Source: Antedon mediterranea (taxonomy: Eukaryota > Animalia > Echinodermata). Taken from it: a DNA stretch of 64,000 nucleotides. The position numbers and the translations under genes were made by a program. This document shows, piece after piece, positions 52,759 to 64,000 of this stretch; position 1 is the first letter of the stretch; every line of letters starts with the position of its first letter. The notes under the pieces were generated by a model. It saw nothing but the letters and a program-made list of their open reading frames with translations, made no database searches and was not told the DNA's origin. The DNA is taken from contig NC_092680.1 of NCBI RefSeq assembly GCF_964355755.1, positions 20,097,045 through 20,161,044 on the forward strand, given 5' to 3'.

Positions 52759-55700
52759 CTATTTAGTAATATCAACATAAACCGGATCCTGTAGGTCTTG
52801 GTGAAATCCTCCATAAGCTTCATTCTTTTCAAACACATGGCATACATTGACTGGTTTCGGGGCCTTTTTACTTTCACTTTTCAAATTTTGACTACGTAAT
52901 CTGAAGATAAACAAATAACATTAACTCAATATAAAATATAAAAACAAATCATTAATAATGATGTTATATTTCAGTAAAAAGATACAAATCTATAAGCTTC
53001 TTTTATACATTAAACGTTTTACACAGACGTCATACGTATTTATTGAATACGTCACAATTGTCTTTGTTGGTTTAAAATACACTGTTTAATGGTTTTGTAT
53101 TTATTTATTTTATTTTGTATCTGTGTTGTTTCGGGATCTATATTTCTTTCCTCTTAAAACGCTCTTTCAATTTAATCTGAATTGAAATTAACATAAAATT
53201 AATGTTTAATTTTTGAATAATAAAAAATTTAAATAATAATAATAATAATAAAGAATTATAATAATAACTCAAAAACGTATATACCAACCTGTATAACAGC
53301 GTTACAATAACAATGCCACAAACCACATTTAACGTCACCGATGATATCACGACCGCTGTCAATACTATAAATGAAGCAAAAATTAACCAAAATAAATAAT
53401 ACAATACATTATCGAAAAGTTAAATATATGGGATGGCAGAGGATGACAGCTTAGAAGAAGAAAATGATTAAGAAATATATAAATATCTACACAAAAAAGG
53501 AAATATATCATTAAATTATTTATAAATCCGAAGGCAAATTACTGAAAATGCCAATGCTGTGGGTATCAGTGTGGCTGGATCTCAATGGAGATAAAAAAAA
53601 AAGCGAAAAGCTAAATCAAAATGATAAAGTAAAACAGCCAGAAAAGTTAGCAGAGCTTTCGGGCAACACTAGCCCTTCATCAGTGCAATTAAATTATTTA
53701 GAATATATATTTATTTAATTTATGTGTGATTGATTGTTTTCTTAATTGCTTGCTTGTTTAATTGATAATAAATAAATCAACCTACCAAGTTTTGATTTAT
53801 CATCGTCATCTCTAATCTCACTAATTGTGGGCAACAACGATATCAATTGGTTAGTTGTTTTACCAGGATGCATTACTTCAGTTGAAACCACTTCAGGAGT
53901 TGCTACAGAAGAATTCAAGCGTTTTAATAATCAACGACCGCAGTTCCTTAAAGTACATTTTCAATGTAGTTTTCCATCATTATTGTGAAATTGCGACCCA
54001 CAACCTACCAGGTTTTGATTTATCATCGTCATCTCTTGTTATGTCATTACCAATTGTTTCACTAATTGTGGGCAACAACGATATCAATCGGTTAGTTGTT
54101 TTACCGGGATGCATTGCTTCAGTTGAAACCACTTCAGGTCTTGCTACAGAAGAATTCAAGCAATAAAGTCAACTCAAACGATTGCAGTTTCTTAAAGTAC
54201 ATTAACAATGTATAGTTTTCCATATTAAAAACATCATTTTAAATAGTAAGAATAATAGCCTAAAATCAGAGCACATGTACATTTCGTGTTGTTTATTTTT
54301 ATATCATTATCTAGTCATTATGACAAATACGGAATAGAAAAAAAAACAATTCACAAAAATAATTATCATTAAACAATAGAGTGTATACAATTAACACATC
54401 AAATCCAATTTATTCAAAAATGCTTACATCCTCTTGAAGACAAGACATTATTCTTTTAATGTACTGTTATTCAACCACATATAGATGAAGCTAAAAACAT
54501 CTTTTATACTTCTTAATCTCGAAAAGTTAACGGAATCCCAATTTTCAAATCTGCAAATTGTTCATTGCTCTACCTACCTACTTCACAGTTTCTTCCAGAA
54601 AAGCCAGGTGGACAACTACATACAAATCCTACATCAGGTGTTACAGATTGAAAACAGGTCCCACCATTAAAACATGGGGTAGGAGAACAAGGATTTACAC
54701 CTGAAACATTTAAAACAAATTCAATTGACGATGTACGTACCCGCTGCAAAATGTGTGCTTTGTACTCATATGTTCCACCATTCATTCATTTGAATGGGTT
54801 GGCAGAGATCTGTAACAGTGTAACTACTACGATTATGAATTAATAATACAAACTGGCTGATAGATAGTGACAGTGATAGAACATCCACAATCTCACTCTC
54901 ACCCATCCATGCAATGTGTAGCTCCGAGTGACGTGTTAGATAAGTTAATATAGGGAATGTGTAGCTCCGAGTGACGTGTTAGATAAGATAATATAGGGAA
55001 TGTTCATGAATGTTGTAGCTCCGAGTGACGTGTTAGATAAGATAATATAGGGAATGTGTAGCTCCGAGTGACGTGTTAGATAAGATAATAATATAGGGAA
55101 TGTTCATGAATGTTGTAGCTCCGAGTGACGTGTTAGATAAGATAATATAGGGAATGTGTAGCTCCGAGTGACGTGTTAGATAAGATAATATAGGGAATGT
55201 TCATGGTTGTAGCTCCGAGTGACGTGTTGTTAGATAAGATAATATAGGGAATGTGTAGCTCCGAGTGACGTGTTAGATAAGATAATATAGGGAATGTTCA
55301 TGAATGTTGTAGCTCCGAGTGACGTGTTAGATAAGATAATATAGGGAATGTGTAGCTCCGAGTGACGTGTTAGATAAGATAATATAGGGAATGTTCATGA
55401 ATGTTGTAGCTCCGAGTGACGTGTTAGATAAGATAATAGGGAATGTGTAGCTCCGAGTGATGTGTTAGATAAGATAATATAGGGAATGTTCATGAATGTT
55501 GTAGCTCCGAGTGACGTGTTAGATAAGATAATATAGGGAATGTTCATGAATGTTGTAGCTCCGAGTGACGTGTTAGATAAGATAATATAGGGAATGTTCA
55601 TGAATGTTGTAGCTCCGAGTGACGTGTTAGATAAGATAATATAGGGAATGTTCATGAATGTTCAGTATTTGCCTTTGATACACACCTGAAGCGATATCTG

Positions 55701-56885
55701 GAAACATTGCCTCTGGAAATATAGGCCTATAGTAACTATAGAGTTGAACTATACCGAGACACTTTAAGTAGCGTATTGACTTTCTTTCAAAATATCTAAC
55801 ATAGAATAATGGCAAACGTTTAAGAATAGTAAATTCAGAAGTATAATATACTTCTTCTTAAACGTTATTCTCTATGAACATTATTAGCCAAAATGAAATG
55901 TCCATCTTGAACAAGGTCATATACATGGCTGCAGTCAAGTGCTCAAGTTAGTGTTTACCTACCTACCGACCCACCGACCGACCGACCGACCAATCGATCG
56001 ATCGATCGATCGACCGATCAACCGACCGACCAGTAATAATACATTTAACATTTAACATTTAACATAGTGAGCTGTAGATACCGGCTGCACACAATAATAC
56101 GAGGATGCTTTCGATTTTCCTATCTCCTCCTACGATAATTGTTTTTAATGGCTAAAAACCGGTTGAACAGCTCGAGAACAGGCTCATAATGTTGAAGACA
56201 GGCCGATGGATTTTCTTTAAAAAAAAAACTATTTTGATAGATTAATATATAATTGTTATACAAATGTATTGTTTTTCGATAAATGGAACATTCCAATCTC
56301 TCTTCCACAGCGTCTATTCCCTCAGGCATCGTAATAACACAAAGGTAAGTTAAGTACACTTATAATAGAAATTCCATTCATTTTTTAAATCTGTGCTGCA
56401 GAGGTTGGATATAGGTATTTTTTTTAAACAGATAATGAGCTAGCGTTTTCAGTCGCCGTCTATATACATGTACAATCAACAATATTATTGCAGTTAAACC
56501 ACCCCTCAATGGCATTGAGCAGAAAAAAAACAGAACTTTGGAGGGGAACTAACTTAAGTATGAATTGGCTCTAAGAAACAATTGAAAACTACTAATTAAT
56601 TTGAGTTAGATAATTATTTATTGACGATTAAAATTTACGATTTGCCCCGAATAGAGGTGTTTTTCACAAAATTGTTTTACATTATATAAACACATATACA
56701 AATAAACTTTATTACTGACAGTTGCTTTACGTTTGTAACGGAATACGGGTAAACATAAGGCAAAAATCAGCCATAAAAAGAAAGAAATGGCAAGCTTTAA
56801 TCAAACACTATATAATATATTGCATACCTTGGCATTTTACTACGGTCACATACAAATGAAATATCAACCAGATCTTGAGAAACAT
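52759..56885 (-). CDS. Unit J: SP-EGF-mucin stalk-TM-short ITAM-like tail receptor
   Basis: Exons 56885-56828 (MFLKIWLIFHLYVTVVKCQ), EGF 54700-54578, stalk 54143-54009 and 53902-53786, TM 53364-53289 (SSVTLNVVCGIVIVTLLYR), tail 52900-52759 (YGGFHQDLQDPVYVDITK*). Confidence 0.82.
53520..53690 (-). mobile_element. Penelope-like terminal repeat fragment
   Basis: Interspersed repeat present three times in the window, carrying a hammerhead motif at one end. Confidence 0.6.
53650..53686 (-). ncRNA. Minimal type I hammerhead ribozyme motif
   Basis: Minus strand GCA-CUGAUGA-A-GGGC(UAGUGUU)GCCC-GAAA-GC-UC-UGC: intact core boxes, stem II, 3-bp stem I and palindromic AGCU in place of helix III. Confidence 0.65.
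54914..55663. repeat. Minisatellite with alternating 43/54-bp units in unit J intron 1
   Basis: TGTAGCTCCGAGTGACGTGTTAGATAAGATAATATAGGGAATG with or without TTCATGAATGT, about 15 copies. Confidence 0.95.
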
Positions 56886-57925
56886 AATTGGAAGCTTGGT
56901 AGCAGAAAGATCGTCAAAACAAGAAAAAAATATATAAAAAAGCTAACTCTAGAGGGCAGCAAACCAGAGATTTTCGAAACTGAAAAGGGGGATACCTGTT
57001 GAATAGATAGATGGTGCCGCTGCTGTCGTTTGTGAAATTTATGTTTAGAGGACGTTCATTTTATTCTAAAATGTCCGTTATATATATAAAAAAAAAACCG
57101 CAAATATTTTGTTCCAAAGTATATTGTAAATATTTTTAATTTTTCTTCATTATTTAAGTCTAGAAAACCAACAATTAAGCATTAACAAATTATATTTTAG
57201 AGCCCTAATGAAAAAGTAATGTTTATATTTTAAGCTCTGGCCCACTATTAAATAGGTCTACAAGTTACGTCTCCCTCTGAGGAGAGTTGAACTTTATAAT
57301 GTTTAAAATAAGAAAAGCAATCTCCCTTATGATATTAGTTGATTAGCTTAAAAATTAATAGGTGAAACAAAACGATAGGTGATTGATCAAGTACAATGTA
57401 GGTCTTATTTTGAATGAATGTTGAATTACCTTATCATAGCATATAAAGGCCACAGTTTACTCATTGTAACAAGTTTAATGTACATTTTGTTTTTTTGTAA
57501 TCAGTAAACGTTTTACCAGGGACGTGAACAATAACAGATACTAATTTTTTTTTTTTTTTTTTTTTTCTTTTTGGGCTATCCTGGAAAGTCTTTTATAGAT
57601 GTATTATTTGTAATGTCCGTAATTTATGTTATCACTTTGTATGTATTTTTTATGATGATTTTCCAAATAAATTCAAATCAAATCTAATTTGATTTCTTTT
57701 TTTAAAAGAAAATAAAAATATAAACTTTCCAGAGGGCGCAGTCAACATGTGTGACATCATTTTGACTTCTTTTTTCTTTCAATGGAAAAGCGAGGGAATG
57801 AATAGATTATAATATTAGTATTACTACTACTATTGAAGACAATTAAATCGTAATAACACGTGTGTTTCTGTATTTAGAATTAATGAATTTCCTTTAACTA
57901 ACCTTTATTGTTTAACTCTTAAACC

Positions 57926-60900
57926 ATGGGAGCATATCTTTCTGAACCAAATCTAGAGAAAACTTCGGAAGAATGCAAGTGTGAAAGGTTCTCTTTCGGT
58001 GTTGGTTCTATGCAAGGTTGGAGGTTAGCGCAAGAGGTGAGTTCGGGCCGGCTGGTTTACTGGTACTAGCAAGGCCTAGGCTGAGCCTAGGCCTACTAAC
58101 TAAAATGTCTTAGCACAATGACGGCTAGGCCTAGGGAATCTGGATATGGAAATGGTGTATTCAATCATTAAAATACATCATTATTGCAGGCAGCATATCT
58201 TTATCTAGCTAGGCCTATAATATAGGCCTAATTATTGATAAGAAAAGAGAGATTAAATTAATACAATAATTTTTATTTAGGATAGAGGGCCCTATAATAA
58301 TCATTTAAAAATAAATAAAATAGAAATGTGTTTATACTTTAAAATTTCATTATTGTTTAGTGTTGTCAATGCATTGTTACAAAAATGTAATATGAGTGCA
58401 AAATAATTTTTTTTTCAGGATGCACATAACTGTATAGAAAAGCTGGAAGAAAAGACATCATTATTTGGTGTTTATGATGGCCACGGAGGTGAATTTTCTT
58501 TTTGTACATAAATGATGCAATTGTTTTGTAAATTTATAGTGATTTTATGAGTGAAAAACAGTTGAAAATTACACATAGATTATCATCACTGTATGGTTTT
58601 AGTATCTAATTGTTGAAATGTAAATATTCTATTTATAATAAGTATGTTAAGATAAGAGATAAATAAATTATATGAGCTTAATAATTGTTAGTGGCAAAGT
58701 TTTACGTCCAATCCTGGATGCATCATCATCAGACACAGACAAGTCTTTCAACATTTTAAATTTAATTAATTTTTCAGTACACCGCTCGAACAAAAAGTAG
58801 TAATAGTAAAATTATAATAGTGAATAAGTAAGAGATAGATCATCCACTTTAAATGAAAATTGTGAAAGGTACAAACATTGGCCACAGACAAAATGTATGT
58901 TTTCTAACATTAATACAGTGGGGACAATGTAAAAGCTTGTTTGTTTGTTTGTTTTATCTTTATACTGGGTGACCTCTTCAGTCAAAGACTGATCTCCCAG
59001 AGGGCCCAGTTGGTGATCAGTGGCTGTGATGTACTAATACACCGGGGTAACCCCCTACTCGTCTCGAAAGATGTACTAGGTTCTTTAAAGTGCACACGAG
59101 CAAGTTGTGTACACTGGACCTACGGTTTATAGTCCTTTATCCGAGAAGACTCGTTCTACCACCAGAACCATGGAGTGAGTGAGCCTCGAACCCCTGCCGA
59201 TGTTATGGCTACGTGATTACGGTTCCACTGTCTTAACCGCTCGGCCACTCACTCACTCCTCCGCTTAATTTGGTCTATACCATCCATTCATTGTATTTGT
59301 AGCCCATGTATCAGTTTGTAAGATCAATGTTATTGTGACATCTTAGATGATAAATTAATTTTCCTCTCTGTTTTAAAATCAAAATGCGTGTTTCTCTTTG
59401 TTTGTTAGGAGCGGAGGTGGCCCAGTATTGCTCACAGCACTTGCCAGAATTCATTAAGAAAAACAAATCATTTAAGGAGGGTGATGTCGAAATTGGCCTA
59501 ACCTCCTCATTTTTAGAGTTTGATAAACATCTAACAGAAAAAAGTGTGGTGACAGAATTAAAAAAGATGGCAGGCATGGATGAACCTGAAGAAGAAGGTA
59601 ATGTATGATTAATATTATTGTATGTCTTTCTCATTATGATATATGTATAAAACATTGGTCATAGAGTTTTTAGTTCTAGTCACATCATCTTATTGCATGT
59701 GTCCTTCAGCAAGACACTTTACTTACGTTTGCCTCTCTCCATCCAGGGGTAAATGGGTACCATAGGTTTAAGGTTTAAACACAATTGTGCTGATTAATAA
59801 CTGCATTATGGGAGCTGTCTATTCGTGTTCGATCCAATGACCGGGGTAATAATGCAAAGATATAAGATTGACATTACTGGATACGTGCTGTAGACAGGCA
59901 CTTTCGGGAACTAAGACTAAAGTGTCCGTTTGCAGGAAGATTAACTGAAAAATCAGATCTATTACAATATTTGTTTTTTAAGTATAAAGAACAACAATAT
60001 TTTACAGTAAAAAGGTTTTCAAATTTGGCTTGTAAGTAAGTTACAATACCTGTATGCTGCAATAAATTATTCTTATAGTAATTTTGAATAATATACAGTA
60101 CATGTACATCTTTTAAATACATTTATAATGTATAATATAATTTTTCTCTTTAATATTAAGATGATGAGGAAACAGACCTTTTAAATGAAGAAGCAAATAT
60201 GCCTATAGCTGACCTCTTGGCACGATTTGGCCAGGCACCCAGCAGTATTAGGTCAATAAGAAAAAAAGTAGATAGAAAAGACTTGTTATCACCAATGATT
60301 CGAAAAACACAACCTCGGTTTCCAAGTAATGGTTCCACTGAACCAGACATTGAGGAGGAGGAAAATGAGGAGAACGTAGAGAAAACGGTAACAAATGGAA
60401 GTGATGATAAAATTAGTACAAAATTAGAACTAGACGATTCATCTAAAGAAAATGGACAAGTAAATGGTGAAGTGATAGAAAACGGAGACATTAAAGAAAA
60501 GGATGATGGAGATACCCAAGTAAGGAATGACAGTGAAGGAAAGGAAGAGGAGGAATGTGCAACAAGTACCTCAAATAGTAATAACATTAAAAAGAAAGGT
60601 AAATTTAACAGATTTATTTTATGCTGTTCTTTATATACAGTAACCGACTAATCCCATGCTTAAGTAATCCCACCCCTGATTTAGGTTAAATTCACCCACA
60701 GACTTCGATGCAATCTGAGTTTAATTCTCTCCCCAACTGTAGATTTTGCAAGTCCCTCTGGGGTTATACTGATTTATTGACAATTATAAGCCGCCTTCCA
60801 AAAAGAACAGAATGCCAATGGAAGAGAAAGTATATTTATGGCTATGTTTATTATTTTATAATTCTTCTTAGTTTTTATCAACTTTGTGCTTTGAACCTGA

Positions 60901-63801
60901 TATACAGTATGTAATTAAAATATATACTTGATAATTTATAAAAATCCAAAGGCAAATTACTGAAAAAATGACAATGCTGTGGGTATCAGTGGCTGGATCT
61001 CAATGGAGATACAAAATAAAATAAGCAAAAAGCTAAATCCAAAGGCAAATTACTGAAAAAATGACAATGCTGTGGGTATCAGTGGCTGGATCTAAATAGA
61101 GATTAAAAAAAAAAAGCAAAGAGCTAAATCAAAACGATAAAGTGAAACAGGCAGAAAAATTAGCAGAGCTTTCGGGCAACACTAGCCATTCATCACTGAT
61201 GATTTGTAAAGAAATATATAAACAACAACAACAACTTTTTATCACAATATAAAATGTTGATGTAGAAAGAACAATTGTACTAGAAGATGATGATGATGAT
61301 GATGATTCAGAAGATGAGGAAGACTATGATGCTGAAGAAGATGATGGTGAGGAGGAGGAGGATGAAGAAGAAGTTGAAGAAAATGCAGACACTGAAGATG
61401 CTGGTGATGATACGGAGGACTACGGGTTTCCAGGAAGAGAGGAGGTAAGTTGAGTCCACACAAAGTATTTTGTTAAAAGTGGACTGGATTACTGTACCAC
61501 CGCTGTGAATTATAAAAATAAATATCTGGGTGGTTTGAAAAAGAAAATATAGGAAGAGCATTTAAAATGTAAATTTGAGAGCGTAATGTCTCCATACATC
61601 ATGCTTCATTGACTTCTCCACCTGATGCATTGTGGGATAGTTGTGTTTCAATTTTGCCAGATATATTTTCATTTTTTGATCTCCCTTTATTTTGATTATC
61701 AAATTAGTCTTTTTACTTTTCAATGTATATCATTGGGATTTAACCCAATTTAAAATGCCCCTTGAGATGTAAATTCCTTTTTTGGAGAATTTGAGAGGGC
61801 CATCTTTGGTACCATGCATTTTTTATTTGTCTTTCAATTCAAAATAACATTTATTTTCTTACTTTTAAGTTCGAGATAGAGGTTTCTGTGCTTTTTCTTC
61901 CCGTATTGTATCAAAATGAGTCAAATCAGACATTGTATAATAAATGAAATATATGCTAATTTTAAATTTCTTTGTAGCCTGGTAGTGACAGTGGATGTAC
62001 AGCAGTAGTAGCCATTTTAAAGGGCCAAGAACTAATAGTTGCAAACGCCGGTGATTCACGATGTGTATTATCCCGAGGTGGAAATGCTCTTGACCTCTCC
62101 GTTGACCACAAACCGGAAGACGAGGAAGAACTAGAAAGGATTGTCTTTGCGGGTGGGAAAGTGACCGAAGATGGCCGTGTTAATGGTGGCCTTAATTTAT
62201 CAAGGGCATTAGGTAAGAGTTCAAAGTTGAGAATGTTGACAAAGATGATTTGAACGACCTATTTGCATAGATTATTAGGCAAGAGCAAGAACACTATGTA
62301 GTTTTGATTTATGATCATTGAAAAATTACATTACCTTTACTCGAGACCTTATTTGGATGATTGAATTTAATGTGTTTATAAATAAGGTATTTTTCTGTTT
62401 TAATAATTTTTGTTTTGGGTTTTTTTTTATGTCGAAGATATTTTTGTAATGCCATTAATTTTTCACTACTTTCTGTAGTACAATACATACAATAATATGT
62501 TTTTAATTTATTTTTTATATCAGGTGATCATTGCTATAAACAAAACAAATCATTAGCATTAGAAAAGCAGATGATATCACCTTTACCTGACATACGGAAA
62601 GTGACATTAACACCGGAAGAAGATGACTTTTTTATTTTAGCCTGTGATGGTATCTGGTAAGTTTTTTGAAATTGTTTGAAGTGAGAATTGTACTCTGGGT
62701 AATCCCAGTTTTTGGCATGGGATAGTTGGTCTAAGAGTGCCATAATCAGAAGCCAAGAAGGACTACTGTTGTGCATAGGCTTTAGAACATTTTATCCTAG
62801 CTTTAATAATGTGTTCCAAAAACAAACAACAATCAACTTGAGGGAGATATTTAAATAAATAAAGAGAGAAGGTAACTTCTACTTAATATTCCATGACATT
62901 ATACAGTATGTTTGATTGTTTGTAATTTACATACTGTACTATTTGTTAGTTTGTTATACCATTCTAAGTATTTGGTACATACATAGATATTTGATCATTT
63001 TGTACTTGTATTATGTCATTATAAATAAATTGACCATTTACTGTTGAGTCATTTGTGGATGAAGTGCAGTGTTGGTCAGACTTTAGTGACCACCATCGGA
63101 GACCTAGTGTTAAAATACTTTTTTTTTTGTATTGCAGGAATGTACTTACAAGTCAAGAGGTAGTAGATTTCGTAAGAGAACGACTTAATCAAGACCATCC
63201 AGAGGGCGGCACTTGGACCTTGACTGCAATTATCGAAGAGGTAAATGAACAATTTATTTGGTATTCTTATTTATATTACTTACACATCTCAGGCACATAT
63301 ACAAAATATAAATATATAAAGACACATAAGCAGAATTAAATAATCAATAAAAATATAATAAAGGAGATCTCTAGAGCTGTCAGACAACCTTATTACAAAT
63401 TTATAAGTTTATTTTTTATTTAATTACATTAAAAATATGTATAACAAAAGTGTTATTAAATTTTGAACATCGGCAACAAGTTACCCAAGGAACAAAAAAT
63501 GTTAATATAAAGTTAGATTTTTTCCCCAAATTGGTCTTAAAATACTTAAAATATATGAGTATGGCATGTATGGCAAAATCCATAGGATAGTTACATGAAT
63601 TTGCAGGATCTATCAGTTATAATTGTTTTACAGTTGTTTGATGCTTGCTTGGCGCCTGACACATCAGGAGATGGAACTGGGTGTGACAACATGACATGCA
63701 TCATCGTACAGCTTCATCAAAACACTGTGACCTCCGCAAAGAAGAAACGCAAAGTGTCTGAAGGCGATGACAGTGATAGTAAACGGCCGTGCAAGGAATG
63801 A
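57926..63801 (+). CDS. PPM1G: Protein phosphatase 1G (PP2C gamma)
   Basis: Exons 57926-58036 (MGAYLSEP...[10 protein letters not shown]), 58419-58488 (DAH...VYDGHG), 59409-59597, 60161-60598, ~61266-61444 (acidic insert), 61978-62212 ([35 protein letters not shown]), 62524-62656 (LACDGIW), 63138-63240, 63634-63801 ([10 protein letters not shown], basic NLS-like tail). Confidence 0.96.
58937..59258 (-). mobile_element. Full-length tRNA-derived SINE (Deu/Nin-like core, (AAAC)n tail)
   Basis: A and B boxes plus core as at 28945-29300. The 3' half also occurs inside both transposon copies (~25345-25495, ~31530-31685). Confidence 0.8.
59690..59860 (+). mobile_element. Degenerate SINE with CORE-like segment
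   Basis: GTGTCCTTCAGCAAGACACTTTACTT...TGCCTCTCTCCATCCAGGGGTAAATGGGTACC; the 3' part matches 38268-38415. Confidence 0.55.
60938..61200 (-). mobile_element. Penelope-like terminal repeat fragment with internal tandem duplication
   Basis: Same family as 53520-53690; an ~92-bp segment is duplicated and the hammerhead core is mutated. Confidence 0.6.
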
Positions 63802-64000
63802 AAACTCTGGGAAACCATGCCTTTTATTAGATTTGTCTGATCAACTTTAGTGTTCAGGATTTTTATATTATTGTACTAGTACGGGTAATAAGCCCACACT
63901 CATAAGTTTCATGAAGGATGATTGTATTGTCATATCTTGGTCCTAGGGAATAAGCCTACTTGTAAATTTCATGTTTAACAGGTGTTGGTATGGTACTTAA

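Noticed and set aside
55395-55655. 86-aa ORF with MNIPYIILSNTSLGATTF repeats
   Set aside because: Translation of the 54-bp minisatellite.
59170-59258. tRNA gene (also ~29215-29300)
   Set aside because: The A and B boxes run into a SINE body and tail; this is a SINE head, not a clean cloverleaf.
59311-62776. Minus-strand ORFs over PPM1G (59311, 60156, 61242, 61307, 61865, 62534)
   Set aside because: Antisense shadows of PPM1G exons, including its acidic low-complexity insert.

Overview
AT-rich, intron-containing animal DNA, probably an invertebrate deuterostome; species cannot be assigned from sequence alone. Left (1-6133, +): 3' part of a highly divergent ephexin-type DH-PH-SH3 gene. Right (57926-63801, +): complete 9-exon PPM1G. 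Between them (8.6-56.9 kb, all on the minus strand) is a tandem array of ten related units, labelled A-J here. They share one chassis: a promoter motif, a signal-peptide exon, phase-1 ectodomain exons, usually a Ser/Thr stalk, a TM exon and a tyrosine-motif tail. The ectodomain is interchangeable: C-type lectin (CTLD), CTLD plus 4 sushi, EGF, or 3 EGF plus sushi. The CTLDs have a near-invariant scaffold but a hypervariable sugar-binding strand and an abnormally long variable loop. Tails come in two classes: long ITIM/NPxY-rich, and short ITAM-like with a TM Asn. Two units lack their own TM and tail exons. The region also holds two copies of a satellite-bearing non-autonomous DNA transposon with an apparent 1-bp target duplication, SINEs, Penelope-type repeats with a minimal hammerhead ribozyme, and many TA-(N3-4)-TA micro-insertions resembling excision footprints. 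Exon boundaries were read by eye from GT/AG signals and phase consistency; no searches were run.
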